Assembly: GCA_048128005.1 (NCBI GenBank) | Contig: JBEUKZ010000080.1 | Location: 186,001-250,000, forward strand | Reading direction: 5' to 3' | DNA from: Veleropilina oligotropha | Lineage: Eukaryota | Length of the DNA: 64,000 nt | Part shown: in pieces, positions 33,847 through 47,873 of the stretch | How positions within the stretch are numbered: the first letter of the stretch is position 1 | How the letters are laid out: the number at the start of each line of letters is the position of its first letter | Notes under the pieces: model-generated | The model's input: the letters and a program-made list of their open reading frames with translations, nothing else | Databases searched by the model: none | Told to the model about the DNA's origin: nothing | Translations under genes and position numbers: made by a program

Positions 33847-34095
33847 AGGCCGCTCCGGTCGCCGTGTGGATTCAAATTTTGATGCTGATTTAACTCAGGC
33901 TTGACCGCAGTATAACAGGAGTATGATCGAACCTCGATTGGCACTCATGATGTCATTACATTATAATTCTTTGTTCAGTTACTGATCACAGTTGTCCATA
34001 ACTGTCTGGAGAGTGTGGGCTGGCTGGAGAGTGTGGGCTTTCCTCCTTCGATAAATGGACATGTCCTGATTTGAAGCATCGATCCAATCAGGTTA
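33847..34095 (+). mobile_element. Diverged SINE family 1 copy
   Basis: Shares a ggccgct head, ttgttcagttactgatcacagttgtccataactg and gggctttcctcc..cgataa..ggacatgtcctg with the 13771 and 37197 copies. Confidence 0.55.
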
Positions 34096-34171
34096 ACTTT
34101 CCAGGGACAACGCATGCAGGGGATGTATTAATAATACTAATTAGAATGCCCTCATTTCCTCAAGCATTATA

Positions 34172-35503
34172 AACAAGTGCTATCGAAATAGCGGTTTCCC
34201 CAATGGTAAAGCATTTTGTCGATATATGCAAGAAATAGATTTAGTACAATGTTTTGATGGTATGGAGATTTTTGATTGAAATTGGTCTTTAATCCCTAGA
34301 TCTATCAACCAGCATAATATGATATACATGTATAAAATATATCTTGAGCAGCACACATGCACTAATTGAATACCTTTGTCCAAACTTTCAAATGTAACAC
34401 ATTATTTGTGTTAAATTAATCAAAATTTATATGTCCAAATACACAAATTTAACACAGTTTTGTGTTATAATGAATGCAACATCACTGCCAGAGCAGCATG
34501 TAGCATCATAAAGTCAACCCATTTGCACTCACTGAAAAAAATTTAACCAGAAACTTTAAATAAAATTTCACAGAATATTTAAATTAAATTATAATCAATA
34601 TAACTAACAATAGCATGTAACAACTACGAAGCATACACCAATGCAATATATGCTTGCAACAACATGTCTTGATCAATCAATATGCGGTAATTGAATAACT
34701 TGAACAGAAAATGTTTAATAAATTTCTGTCAAAAAACATTTTATTTTATTTTAAATTTTATTAAATATCGCTTCCAGAATAGCAGGTAGTGTCCATATGG
34801 CCAACACCAAAGTATATGCATTAAAAAAGTGCTTTACTAAACCTATATGCAATAATAAAAAAACTTTAACCTAAAAAATGTAAGTAATTTTTTTATATAA
34901 AAAACATCAATTTCACAAATTATTTATATTAAATTTTGTTCAATATCACTGCCAGGCTTGCAGCTTACATCAATATAGCCAGCAACAAAGCATAAGTGTG
35001 CAAAAAAGTGCAATGAGCATTGTATAAGCACTCTTTGAAAAACATTAACCGAAAAATTTTAACTAAATTTCTATGTCCTAAAACACCAATTTCATGCATT
35101 ATTTATATAAAATTATAATGTAAATCATTGCCAGAGTATCAGGTCACATCGATATAACCATTACTAAAGCTTTTATATATGCCAAAATGTTCCTTGAGCA
35201 ATCGATATACACTCATAAGAAAAATTTAACCAAAAATTTAAATAAAAAATGTCTATGTTCAAAGTGCTTTTTTTGCACAAAATAAATAAAAAATCTTTTC
35301 GTTTTTGGTTCCAACTAAAGGCTAAACATGTCTACTTTCCATCTAAATAGATTTGATTGAGTTATTCATCCATTAAATGCATGTAATACCTCAATGCATG
35401 TAATACCTTATCCAAAAACTTTAACCAAAAGTGTGACCGGACGGACGGAGTCTATATCTATATCCCCCTTCGGCTTTTTCCTTCGGAAGCCGCGGGGGAT
35501 AAT
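34172..35503. mobile_element. HINE-like element
   Basis: Starts aacaag with the hairpin gctat-cgaa-atagc; degenerate ~180-bp internal repeats; cggacggacgga; terminal hairpin tatccccc...gggggata then a. Confidence 0.6.
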
Positions 35504-37196
35504 AAACAACAAAGAATGGAGCACAGGTCACATGCAGCGCTCGGAACTTTGGCTCTCGTGTCACAAACAGTTTTTTGTTTTCACAGATGAAATAGGGAAC
35601 AAATGAGTGAAATCCTGACGTGCTGCAGTGGACAACCCCATCCACAAACCACCACAGATTCAAATGTTACTAAAAATAATTTCATAAACTAGAAAAGTAG
35701 CAAATGGCATAAATTACACAATATACGTATTGCTATATTAAAACTGTCATGTGTCTGAAATCAAAAATGTAGCATTAATTTTCATGATTAAACATATAAC
35801 TAATAGCCATCTGATGATCAATATAAGCAGACAATCAACTATTGCAAAATAAATAAACTAATAAATTAAAATAAAGATTTTCAAGAAACATTCTATTCAG
35901 TTTTGTATAATTTTGCATTCCACCATATCTTTTCAAATTTTTCTCATCTATGGAAATGGATTTAAGACACGTTCTTGCCAAAAAACCCACATAAAGTGAC
36001 TATTCATTCACACATGGACAGAAATGAAATGGCCTTTCTACATAAAATATACAAGTTTACCTTGTAACAATTGGGCCATTTACGGTTGTTTTATGGGCAT
36101 TTGCATGGGTTCAGTGTAATAGTAAACAAGATTTGCTCATCGACTAAAATACTAAAATACTTTATCATATATCATTTTCCATGTGTGCCCAACTTTTACT
36201 ACAAATCATGGCCACGTCAATGCCAATGATCAAGGGAAATGCATGCAGCTGCAACTAAACGACCAATATTTAGTTGAAATATTAGGCGCAGACCTCCTGG
36301 TAACCATCGCTTTAAGCTCTATTATCGTTTAGCTCCCAATAGGCTATAGCTCACTGTCAGGGTAGGTGCCATGGCACTTTACTTGCCGCTATGCGGTGTT
36401 CGGTGTTCATTTCACAATGGCCACCATTTTGTTACCGCTTCGAATTAATTTTAGATGTTTATTAACATATTAATGTTGCATTTTAATAAAATTATTATTA
36501 AAACTTGTTTATAATTGTTAACATTTACAAAGCCAACACATTTGTCCTGATGTCAGGTGCCTTTGTTATCATTTGACCAACTTTAGTCTGGTTTTGTAAG
36601 AGCAGACGATGATCTCCCTTGAAACTCGACAACCATAAACGAAATCGACACGATCGTAACATATCACGCATGTTATTCATTTAAACTTATTGAATAGAGT
36701 ATTTCTCATTTGTTGGATTAGTATATTGATAAAGCGACATTAGTTCCTTTCATAACAATATTAATTGCTCTTTATAGTTTATGCAGTATTTTAAAACCGG
36801 ACTTATTTTTCACACCCATTGTCTCACTTTCATGACATCAATACTCAATTTACAAATATCAATCAATGCAATATTCCTATGCTCCATAATGGTGTTAGAA
36901 CGTGTCAAAAAAATTAAAAGCAATATGTTGTGCAGCTTGTCTCTTTATGAATTTGAGATATATGATAAATAAAATCTCACATTCGTGGTCATTTAATATC
37001 ACATTATGAAAATCGTTAACTAATTTTCATAAATGTGCTATGTGAGATCCCTCAGACGTACATACTGGTGTATACTCAAGATAAGCAAAGGAAATGACAA
37101 TGTCGTCATTGTATATATATATGCTGAAATCGTTACATCGATAAGTCAGTCAGGACCATTAATATTGCATATTTACTGCCGTAGGATCATAAACAG

Positions 37197-37450
37197 GCGG
37201 CCGCTTCGGGAGCGCAGTGGGTAAGAGTGTCCACTCTAAATTCACTGGCTCGATTCCGCTAATGCGAACAGTAGTGCGTTCAATACTTGGCTGAGGCATT
37301 GACATTTGTTCAAGTTATGAATCACAGTTGTCCGAAGAGGGCGGGTTTACCCGGGCGACCGGGGTTTTCTCCCGCGATAACACGGACATGTCCTGCCTTG
37401 ACCTCGATGTTGTAAATATACAGGACATTAAGCATCATTCCTCCCTCCCT
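37197..37450 (+). mobile_element. tRNA-derived SINE (family 1)
   Basis: A-box-like gagcgcagtgg, body homologous to 13771-14018, V-domain-like gggtttacccgggcgaccggggttttctccc, tail ttaagcatcattcctccctccct. Confidence 0.7.
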
Positions 37451-37629
37451 CATAAACAGGCGATTCTTTACACAAGAATTAGCCTGTATGTACATATTCA
37501 TACCACATTGAATGTCTGAAATGAATTTCTAATTTAAAAGCATCTTGAGCAACTGAAAATAAATTATTTGTTAGTTGCTCATGACAGAAAGGAGACTGTT
37601 AATTGAACAATTTTTAAGTGCCTATCAAA

Positions 37630-40600
37630 GGATTCTCTCCTGTTAAACAGAGCAGTCAGTAGGCGGCCCATCAGCGGATTCTCTCACTCCTGTTAATCAC
37701 AGCAGTCAGTAGGCGGCCCATCACTGGATTCTCTCACTCCTGTTAATCAGAGCAGTCAGTCGGCGGCCCATCAGCGGATTCTCTCACTCCTGTTAATCAC
37801 AGCACGTAGTCGGCGGCCCATCACCGGATTCTCTCACTCCTGTTAATCACAGCTCTCAGTCAGTCGGCGGCCCATCACCGGATTCTCTCACTCCTGTTAA
37901 TCACAGCAGTCAGTCGGCGGCCCATCACCGGATTCTCTCACTCCTGTTAATCACAGCAGTCAGTCGGCGGCCCATCACCGGATTCTCTCACTCCTGTTAA
38001 TCACAGCAGTCAGTCGGCGGCCCATCACCAGATTCTCTCACTCCTGTTAATCACAGCAGTCAGTCGGCGGCCCATCAGCGGATTCTCTCACTCCTGTTAA
38101 TCACAGCAGTCAGTAGGCGGCCCATCACTGGATTCTCTCACTCCTGCTAATCACAGCAGTCAGTCGGCGGCCCATCACCAGATTCTCTCACTCCTGTTAA
38201 TCACAGCACATAGTCGGCGGCCCATCACCGGATTCTCTCACTACTGTTAATCAGAGCAGCCAGTCGGCGGCCCATCACCGGATTCTCTCACTCCTGTTAA
38301 TCACAGCACGTAGTCGGCGGCCCATCACCGGATTCTCTCACTCCTGTTAATCACAGCATGTAGTCGGCGGCCCATCACCGGATTCTCTCACACCTGTTAA
38401 TCAGAGCAGTCAGTCGGCGGCCCATCACCGGATTCTCTCACTCCTGTTAATCACAGTACGTAGTCGGCGGCCCATCACCGGATTCTCTCACTCCTGTTAA
38501 TCACAGCAGTCAGTCGGCGGCCCATCACCGGATTTTCTCACTCCTGTTAATCACAGCATGTAGTCGGCGGCCCATCACCGGATTCTCTCACTCCTGTTAA
38601 TCACAGCAGTCAGTCGGCGGCCCATCACCGGATTCTCTCACTCCTGTTAATCACAGCTCAGTCAGTCGGCGGCCCATCACCGGATTCTCTCACTCCTGTT
38701 AATCACAGCTCAGTCAGTCGGCGGCCCATCACCGGATTCTCTCACTTCTGTTAATCACAGCATGTAGTCGGCGGCCCATCACCGGATTCTCCCACTCCTG
38801 TTAATCAGAGCAGTCAGTCGGCAGCCCATCACCGGATTCTCTCACTCCTGTTAATCAGAGCAGTCAGTCGGCGGCCCATCACCGGATTCTCTCACTCCTG
38901 TTAATCACAGCTCAGTCAGTCGGCGGCCCATCACCGGATTCTCTCACTCCTGTTAATCACAGCACGTAGTCGGCGGCCCATCACCGGATTCTCTCACTCC
39001 TGTTAATCACAGCTCTCAGTCAGTCGGCGGCCCATCACCGGATTCTCTCACTCCTGTTAATCACAGCTCAGTCAGTCGGCGGCCCATCACCGGATTCTCT
39101 CACTCCTGTTAATCACAGCATGTAGTCGGCAGACCATCACCGGATTATCTCACTCCTGTTAATCACAGCATGTAGTCGGCGGCCCATCACCAGATTCTCT
39201 CACTCCTGTTAATCACAGCAGTCAGTCGGCGGCCCATCACCGGATGCTCTCACTCCTGTTAATCACAGCAGTCAGTCGGCGGCCCATCACCGGAGTCTCT
39301 CACTCCTGTTAATCACAGCATGTAGTCGGCGGCCCATCACCGGATTCTCTCACTCCTTTTAATCACAGCAGTCAGTCGGCGGCCCATCACCGGATTCTCT
39401 CACTCCTGTTAATCAGAGCAGTCAGTCGGCGGCCCATCGCCGGATTCTCTCACTCCTGTTAATCACAGCAGTCAGTCGGCGGCCCATCACCGGATTCTCT
39501 CACTCCTGTTAATCACAGCAGTCAGTCGGCGGCCCATCACCGGATTCTCTCACTCCTGTTAATCACAGCAGTCAGTCGGCGGCCCATCACCAGATTCTCT
39601 CACTCCTGTTAATCACAGCAGTCAGTCGGCGGCCCATCAGCGGATTCTCTCACTCCTGTTAATCACAGCAGTCAGTAGGCGGCCCATCACTGGATTATCT
39701 CACTCCTGTTAATCACAGCAGTCAGTCGGCGGCCCATCAGATTCTCTCACTCCTGTTAATCACAGCACATAGTCGGCGGCCCATCACCGGATTCTCTCAC
39801 TACTGTTAATCAGAGCAGCCAGTCGGCGGCCCATCACCGGATTCTCTCACTCCTGTTAATCACAGCAGTCAGTCGGCGGCCCATCACCGGATTCTCTCAC
39901 TCCTGTTAATCACAGCAGTCAGTCGGCGGCCCATCACCAGATTCTCTCACTCCTGTTAATCACAGCAGTCAGTCGGCGGCCCATCAGCGGATTCTCTCAC
40001 TCCTGTTAATCACAGCAGTCAGTAGGCGGCCCATCACTGGATTCTCTCACTCCTGTTAATCACAGCAGTCAGTCGGCGGCCCATCAGATTCTCTCACTCC
40101 TGTTAATCACAGCACGTAGTCGGCGGCCCATCACCGGATTCTCTCACTACTGTTAATCAGAGCAGCCAGTCGGCGGCCCATCACCGGATTCTCTCACTCC
40201 TGTTAATCACAGCACGTAGTCGGCGGCCCATCACCGGATTCTCTCACTCCTGTTAATCACAGCATGTAGTCGGCGGCCCATCATCGGATTCTCTCACTCC
40301 TGTTAATCAGAGCAGTCAGTCGGCGGCCCATCACCGGATTCTCTCACTCCTGTTAATCACAGTACGTAGTCGGCGGCCCATCACCGGATTCTCTCACGCC
40401 TGTTAATCACAGCAGTCAGTCGGCGGCCCATCACCGGATTTTCTCACTCCTGTTAATCACAGCATGTAGTCGGCGGCCCATCACCGGATTCTCTCACTCC
40501 TGTTAATCACAACAGTCAGTCGGCGGCCCATCACCGGATTCTCTCATTCCTGTTAATCACAGCTCAGTCAGTCGGCGGCCCATCACCGGATTCTCTCACT

Positions 40601-43600
40601 CCTGTTATTCACAGCTCAGTCAGTCGGCGGCCCATCACCGGATTCTCTCACTTCTGTTAATCACAGCATGTAGTCGGCGGCCCATCACCGGATTCTCTCA
40701 CTCCTGTTAATCACAGCAGGCAGTCGGCAGCCCATCACCGGATTCTCTCACTCCTGTTAATCAGAGCAGTCAGTCAGCGGCCCATCACCGGATTCTCTCA
40801 CCCCTGTTAATCACAGCAGTCAGTCGGTGGCCCATCACCGGATTCTCTCACTCCTGTTAATCAGAGCAGTCAGTCGGCGGCCCATCACCGGATTCTCTCA
40901 CTCCTGTTAACCACAGCACGTAGTCGGCGGCCCATCACCGGATTCTCTCACTCCTGTTAATCACAGCTCTCAGTCAGTCGGCGGCCCATCACCGGATTCT
41001 CTCACTCCTGTTAATCACAGCTCAGTCAGTCGGCGGCCCATCACCGGATTATCTCACTCCTGTTAATCACAGCATGTAGTCGGCGGCCCATCACCGGATT
41101 ATCTCACTCCTGTTAATCACAGCATGTAGTCGGCGGCCCATCACCGGATTCTCTCACTCCTGTTAATCACAGCAGTCAGTCGGCGGCCCATCACCGGATT
41201 CTCTCACTCCTGTTAATCACAGCAGTCAGTCGGCGGCCCATCACCGGAGTCTCTCACTCCTGTTAATCAGAGCATGTAGTCGGCGGCCCATCACCGGATT
41301 CTCTCACTCCTGTTAATCACAGCAGTCAGTCGGCGGCCCATCACCGGATTCTCTCACTCCTGTTAATCAGAGCAGTCAGTCGGCGGCCCATCACCGGATT
41401 CTCTCACTCCTGTTAATCACAGCACTCAGTCGGCGGCCCATCACCGGATTCTCTCACTCCTGTTAATCACAGCATGTAGTCGGCGGCCCATCACCAGATT
41501 CTCTCACTCCTGTTAATCACAGCACGTAGTCTGCGGCCCATCACCGGATTCTCTCACTCCTGTTAATCAGAGCAGTCAGTCGGCGGCCCATCACCGGATT
41601 CTCTAACTCCTGTTAATCAGAGCATGTAGTCGGCGGCCCATCACCGGATTCTCTCACTCCTGTTAATCAGAGCAGTCCGTCGACGGCCCATCACCGGATT
41701 CTCTCACTCCTGTTAATCACAGCATGTAGTCGGCGGCCCATCACCGGATTCTCTCACTCCTGTTAATCAGAGCATGTAGTCGGCGGCCCATCACCGGATT
41801 CTCTCACTCCTGTTAATCAGAGCAGTCAGTCGGCGGCCCATCACCGGATTCTCTCACTCCTGTTAATCACAGCACGTAGTCGGCGGCCCATCACCGGATT
41901 CTCTCACTCCTGTTAATCACAGCATGTAGTCGGCGGCCCATCACCGGATTCTCTCACTCCTGTTAATCACAGCAGTCAGTCGGCGGCCCATCACCGGATT
42001 CTCTCACTCCTGTTAATCACAGCTCAGTCAGTTGGCGGCCCATCACCGGAGTCTCTCACTCCTGTTAATCACAACATGTATTCGGCGGCCCATCACCGGA
42101 TTCTCTCACTCCTGTTAATCACAGCAGTCAGTCGGCAGCCCATCACCGGATTCTCTCACTCCTGTTAATCACAGCATGTAGTCGGCGGCCCATCACCGGA
42201 TTCTCTCACTCCTGTTAATCACAGCACGTAGTCGGCGGCCCATCACCGGATTCTCTCACTCCTGTTAATCACAGCAATCAGTCGGCGGCCCATCACCGGA
42301 TGCTCTCACTCATGTTAATCACAGCAGTCAGTCGGTGGCCCATCACCGGATTCTCTCACTCCTGTTAATCACAGCATGTAGTGGGTGGCCCATCACCGGA
42401 TTCTCTCACTCCTGTTAATCACAGCATGTAGTCGGCGGCCCATCACCGGATTCTCTCACTCCTGTTAATCACAGCAGTCAGTAGGCGGCCCATCATCGGA
42501 TTCTCTCACTCCTGTTAATCACAGCATGTAGTCGGCGGCCCATCACCGGATTATCTCACTCCTGTTAATCACAGCTCAGTCAGTTGGCGGCCCATCACCG
42601 GAGTCTCTCACTCCTGTTAATCACAACATGTAATCGGCGGCCCATCACTGGATTCTCTCACTCCTGTTAATCACAGCAGTCAGTCGGCAGCCCATCACCG
42701 GATTCTCTCACTCCTGTTAATCACAGCATGTAGTCGGCGGCCCATCACCAGATTCTCTCACTCCTGTTAATCACAGCACGTAGTCGGCGGCCCATCACCG
42801 GATTCTCTCACTCCTGTTAATCACAGCAGTCAGTCGGCGGCCCATCACCGGATTCTCTCACTCCTGTTAATCACAGCAGTCAGTCGGCGGCCCATCACCG
42901 GATTCTCTCACTCCTGTTAATCACAGCATGTAGTCGGCGGCCCATCACCGGATTCTCTCACTCCTGTTAATCACAGCAGTCAGTAGGCGGCCCATCACCG
43001 GATTCTCTCACTCCTGTTAATCACAGCATGTAGTCGGCGGCCCATCACCGGATTCTCTCACTCCTGTTAATCACAGCAGTCAGTCGGCGGCCCATCACCA
43101 GATTCTCTCACTCCTGTTAATCACAGCATGTAGTCGGCGGCCCATCACCAGATTCTCTCACTCCTGTTAATCACAGCAGTCAGTAGGCGGCCCATCACCG
43201 GTTTCTCTCACTCCTGTTAATCACAGCAGTCAGTCGGCGGCCCATCACCGGATTCTCTCACTCCTGTTAATCACAGCAGTCAGTTGGCGGCCCATCACCG
43301 GAGTCTCTCACTCCTGTTAATCACAACATGTAGTCGGCGGCCCATCACCGGATTCTCTCACTCCTGTTAATCACAGCAGTCAGTCGGCGGCCCATCACCG
43401 GATTCTCTCACTCCTGTTAATCACAGCATGTAGTCGCCGGCCCATCACCGGATTCTCTCACTCCTGTTAATCACAACAGTCAGTCGGCGGCCCATTACCA
43501 GATTCTCTCACTCCTGTTAATCAGAGCATGTAATCGGCGGCCCATCACCGGATTCTCTCACTCCTGTTAATCACAGCAGTCAGTCTGCGGCCCATCACCG

Positions 43601-44489
43601 GATTCTCTCACTCCTGTTAATCACAGCAGTCAGTTGGCGGCCCATCACCGGAGTCTCTCACTCCTGTTAATCACAACATGTAGTCGGCGGCCCATCACCG
43701 GATTCTCTCACTCCTGTTAATCACAGCAGTCAGTCGGCGGCCCATCACCGGATTCTCTCACTCCTGTTAATCACAGCATGTAGTCGGTGGCCCATCACCG
43801 GATTCTCTCACTCCTGTTAATCACAACAGTCAGTCGGCGGCCCATCACCAGATTCTCTCACTCCTGTTAATCACAGCATGTAGTCGGTGGCCTATCACCG
43901 GATTCTCTCACTCCTGTTAATCACAGCAGTCAGTCGGCGGCCCATCACCGGATTCTCTCACTCCTGTTAATCACAACATGTAGTCGGCGGCCCATCACCG
44001 GAGTCTCTCACTCCTGTTAATCACAGCATGTAGTCGGCGGCCCATCACCGGATTCTCTAACTCCTGTTAATCACAGCATGTAGTCGGCGGCCCATCACCG
44101 GATTCTCTCACTCCTGTTAATCAGAGCATGTAGTCGGCGGCCCATAACCGGATTCTCTCACTCCTGTTAATCAGAGCATGTAGTCGGCGGCCCATCACCG
44201 GATTCTCTCACTCCTGTTAATCAGAGCATGTAGTCGGCGGCCCATCACCGGATTCTCTCACTCCTGTTAATCACAGCAGTCAGTCGGCGGCCCATCACCG
44301 GATTCTCTCACTCCTGTTAATCAGAGCATGTAGTCGGCGGCCCATCACCGGATTCTCTAACTCCTGTTAATCAGAGCATGTAGTCGGCGGCCCATCACTG
44401 GATTCTCTAACTCCTGTTAATCACAGCATGTAGTCGGCGACCCATCACCGGATTCTCTCACTCTTGTTAATCAGAGCATGTAGTCGGCG
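37630..44489. repeat. 50-bp satellite, ~137 copies with higher-order structure
   Basis: Unit ggattctctcactcctgttaatcacagcagtcagtcggcggcccatcacc, with variants concentrated at cagtc/catgt/cacgt/ctcagtc. Confidence 0.98.
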
Positions 44490-45806
44490 AATGAATTCAA
44501 TGCTCGATATCCTATCAATTACAACACCAATGCGGCCTACAGCCCTTAAAAAATATAAAGATTATTTAACTTAATAAAACACATTAAAATATACCTGACG
44601 GATGATTCAAGTTCCCAGCTCAGAACAATCAACATGGCACATTGCGACGCTGACACGGCAGCACAGAAAACTCAGATAATCTCGGCACATATTACATTAT
44701 GCAGTACCGATAACTAGAGACCTGCAGATAATGTGAGCATCATATCGACAAACCAATCAGCAAATACAGCACCTTCTGCATAGGGAATACCTAGAATAGC
44801 TTAATTAGTCAATTAGCAGCGACCAACATGGGTTCCCTCTCAGATGGCAAGTTAATAGCCTGCAGGCAAACTGGGTTAGCATGTTACAAAAGCAATTACG
44901 TGCTAGCAATTAGATTCAGAATATGATAATTGATACACATTCCTGCAACATCAACCATATAAGGGCAAATGAAAAAGAGCCAATTAAGAGTTCAATAGGA
45001 CAGTTAGAGACAATTGTTAACACAGGAGATATGATGAAGGAATTCCTGGTGATAAGAATTTTGCAAGTATAATTCGGTTATGGTGATTTACATTGGAGTT
45101 TATTGCAAGTTTGAAGAACAGCTAGATCTTAGAAGAATTACCCATCCAGAACATCTGGCCAGTAACAGACAATTTAAACAATGCCATATACGACACCTAT
45201 GATGTTTCATAAACGAGTTATTAAACTACATCTAAACTAGAACGCTCAGTCACGAGTGACCGCATAATATATCCCCGTAATCCAGGATGGTGGCCATCTT
45301 TGAGATTGGACCACATTCGCAAACTTTGCATGCCGTGTCCTCACCCCAACCAATGTCCAAACCAAATTTGAAAACATTCCGTTAAGAAATGACCTGTCTA
45401 GAGCGATCACAATGAATTATGCTTTAATATCCAAGATGGAGGCCACAACGGCCATCTTGGAGGTTGAACCACACCCGAAATCTATAAGTGTCGTGTCCTC
45501 GCCCCAACCAATGCACATACCAAATTTGAAAACATTCCGTTAAGAAATGACCTGTCTCGAGTGATCACAAGCAATTATGGTGGCCGTGGCGGCCATCTTG
45601 GAGGTCGGACCACACCCAAAATATATAGGTGTCGTGTCCTCACCTCAACCAATGCACATACCAAATTTGAAAGCATTTCGTTAAGAAATCTCTCAGCGGA
45701 CGCGGTAGCGGCCATCTTGGAGGTCAGCCCACACCCAAAATCTATAAGTGTCGTGTCCTCACCCCAACTAATGCACATACCAAATTTGAAAGTATGCCAA
45801 TAAGAA

Positions 45807-46538
45807 ACTAGATGTTGTTATTGCCCACAATAACAGGAATGTCTCCTCCAGTTGAAATTCTATTTTTAGTAAAATGTCATGTGACCTTTGACCTCAAACG
45901 CAATCGCAAGAATCCTTGCTTCATATGCAACATGCCTGGTAAATATGAGCATGATCTCAAATGGTAGTTACTGTTTGAAATGAAATTTCTGAAAAATTCT
46001 ATTTTTAGCAACAGGTCATGTGACCTATGACCTATTGACCTGAAGTGCAATCCCAAGCATCATTTTCTCATAGGCAAACTGCATGCTAAATATGAGCATT
46101 GTCGCAAAAGTATGAATGGTTGTTATCGTCCGGAAAGCAAATCGCAATCAAAATTCTGAAAAATTATATTTTTAGCAACAGGTCATGTGACCTCGGAGCG
46201 ATTGTCTTCAAATGCAATCCCAAGCATTCTCTCCTCATGAGGGAGCTGTGTGCCAAATATGGGCAAGAACACCTAATATGTAGAGTAGTTATCATCCGGA
46301 AACCAAATCGGAGCCAAAATTCTATTTTTAGCCACAGATCACATGACCTTTGGCGTACCGACCTGAAAAGCAATCCCAAGTGACCTCTCCTAATAAGCAA
46401 CCTGTGTACAAAATATGAGCAATATCGCTAAAGTGAATGGCAATTATTGTCCGGAAACCAAAGCATGACAAACAGATGGACGGACAGACGGACGGTACAA
46501 AAACAATATGTCTCCCCACAGGGAACGGGAGACATAAT
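45807..46538. mobile_element. Nested HINE-like element
   Basis: actag plus hairpin gttattg-ccca-caataac, ~160-bp internal repeats (tgtgacct...gcaatcccaag), (GGAC)n, terminal hairpin tatgtctccc...gggagacata. It splits the host motif taagaa|atgacctg without duplication. Confidence 0.7.
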
Positions 46539-46788
46539 GACCTGTATAGAGCCATCACAAGGAACCACGTACAGCCAAATTCTAGAGGTGTCGTGTCCAC
46601 GCTCCAACCAATGCACATACCAAATTTGAAAACATTCCGTTAAGAAATGGCCTGTCAAGAGCGATCACGAGGAATCTCTCGGCGGACGTCGTGGCGGCCA
46701 TCTTGGAGGTCGGACCACACCCAAATTCTATAGGTGTCGTGTCCTCGCTCCAACCAATGCACATACTAAATTTGAAAACATTCCGTTA

Positions 46789-47873
46789 CAGGGATCGAAT
46801 TTGGCCCACGGCACTCCAGCATTTGCCGTCACATGTGCCTTTATTACTGGCCGTGGTGTCTCCATAAAATGAACTATGTCCACGGCCATAAATAGCCGTA
46901 ATTGCCCTTCCTAATAGTCGTAGTGTCTTTCCTATGTGTTAGCAGGCCTTCTCCAAATTTTACAATTATAACTGTATAAGCGCCCCCTTTGAAGAATATT
47001 TTTACTTACATAGATAACGGAAACATCAAAAAGTACGCTTTAATACCGGTTTTCACTCAAATATATTCAGTTAACGTCCTCAAATATACATTCATATTCT
47101 ATCGGTACTTTCTGTTTCCCGCGCGTACAGTGGGTTATCTCCCTGTGCTGCACTCTCCAACGAAAATAGTAAGAATACTCCCCGACATGTTAGCCTCGTG
47201 CGACCAGGCCATGGACTGCGCACTTTGGATTAGCCTAGGTTAACGAAAGTGCGCAGGGGACTGATGCGCATGATTCTACGACATGTATGATTGCGAAATC
47301 ATGCTACTGCGTGGGAGAGTTGACATTCAATGATAGCGGGATGTTCGTTCGACCATTACTACGCGAATGACGCTAGCAATGAATTTGTTAACATGACAGT
47401 CGACATTGTAAAAAATTATTTCTTTGTAAATAACATTGCTAGTTCATTTATGTATCATTAAGCAAGTTTGATAGATTTACCATGCGTTACCGAATGCCGA
47501 CAGTGGTCTCGCTCTCACTTTTCACTGTCTGTTCAGGCTACTGTCAAGGTGAGCATCGCGATGTATTTTTTAAGCAACAAAATGAATATTTACGAATACC
47601 TGTATTTCATATTATCTTTATTTTATCTTATTTATATAAAGTCGATGCAAAACATTTTGCCGCTCATACAATATATGTATTTGACTACATATTAAAATAA
47701 ATCCTATTTAGCGCCCCCCCCCCCCTATGTCAATTGATATTGGCCTTGGTGCCCTGCCCTTGAAATAAATGTTGGCCTGCGTGCCCTGCTCACTGGCCTT
47801 GGGGCCCCCAAAGTTTGTCCCCAATCCACGGCCAAAGTGGCCTTGCCCTGAAAAATTTAAAATTCTACCCCTG
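46789..47873. mobile_element. hAT-like non-autonomous DNA transposon with 6-bp TSD
   Basis: TIRs CAGGGATCGAATTT / CAGGGGTAGAATTT (12/14), TSD ccgtta at 46783-46788 and 47874-47879, subterminal ggcc/tgccct repeats. Confidence 0.8.

Noticed and set aside
37630..44489. CRISPR-like array (constant repeat with a variable slot)
   Set aside because: The variable part is only 4-8 nt with a few recurring states; there are no unique spacers or cas genes, and the context is eukaryotic.
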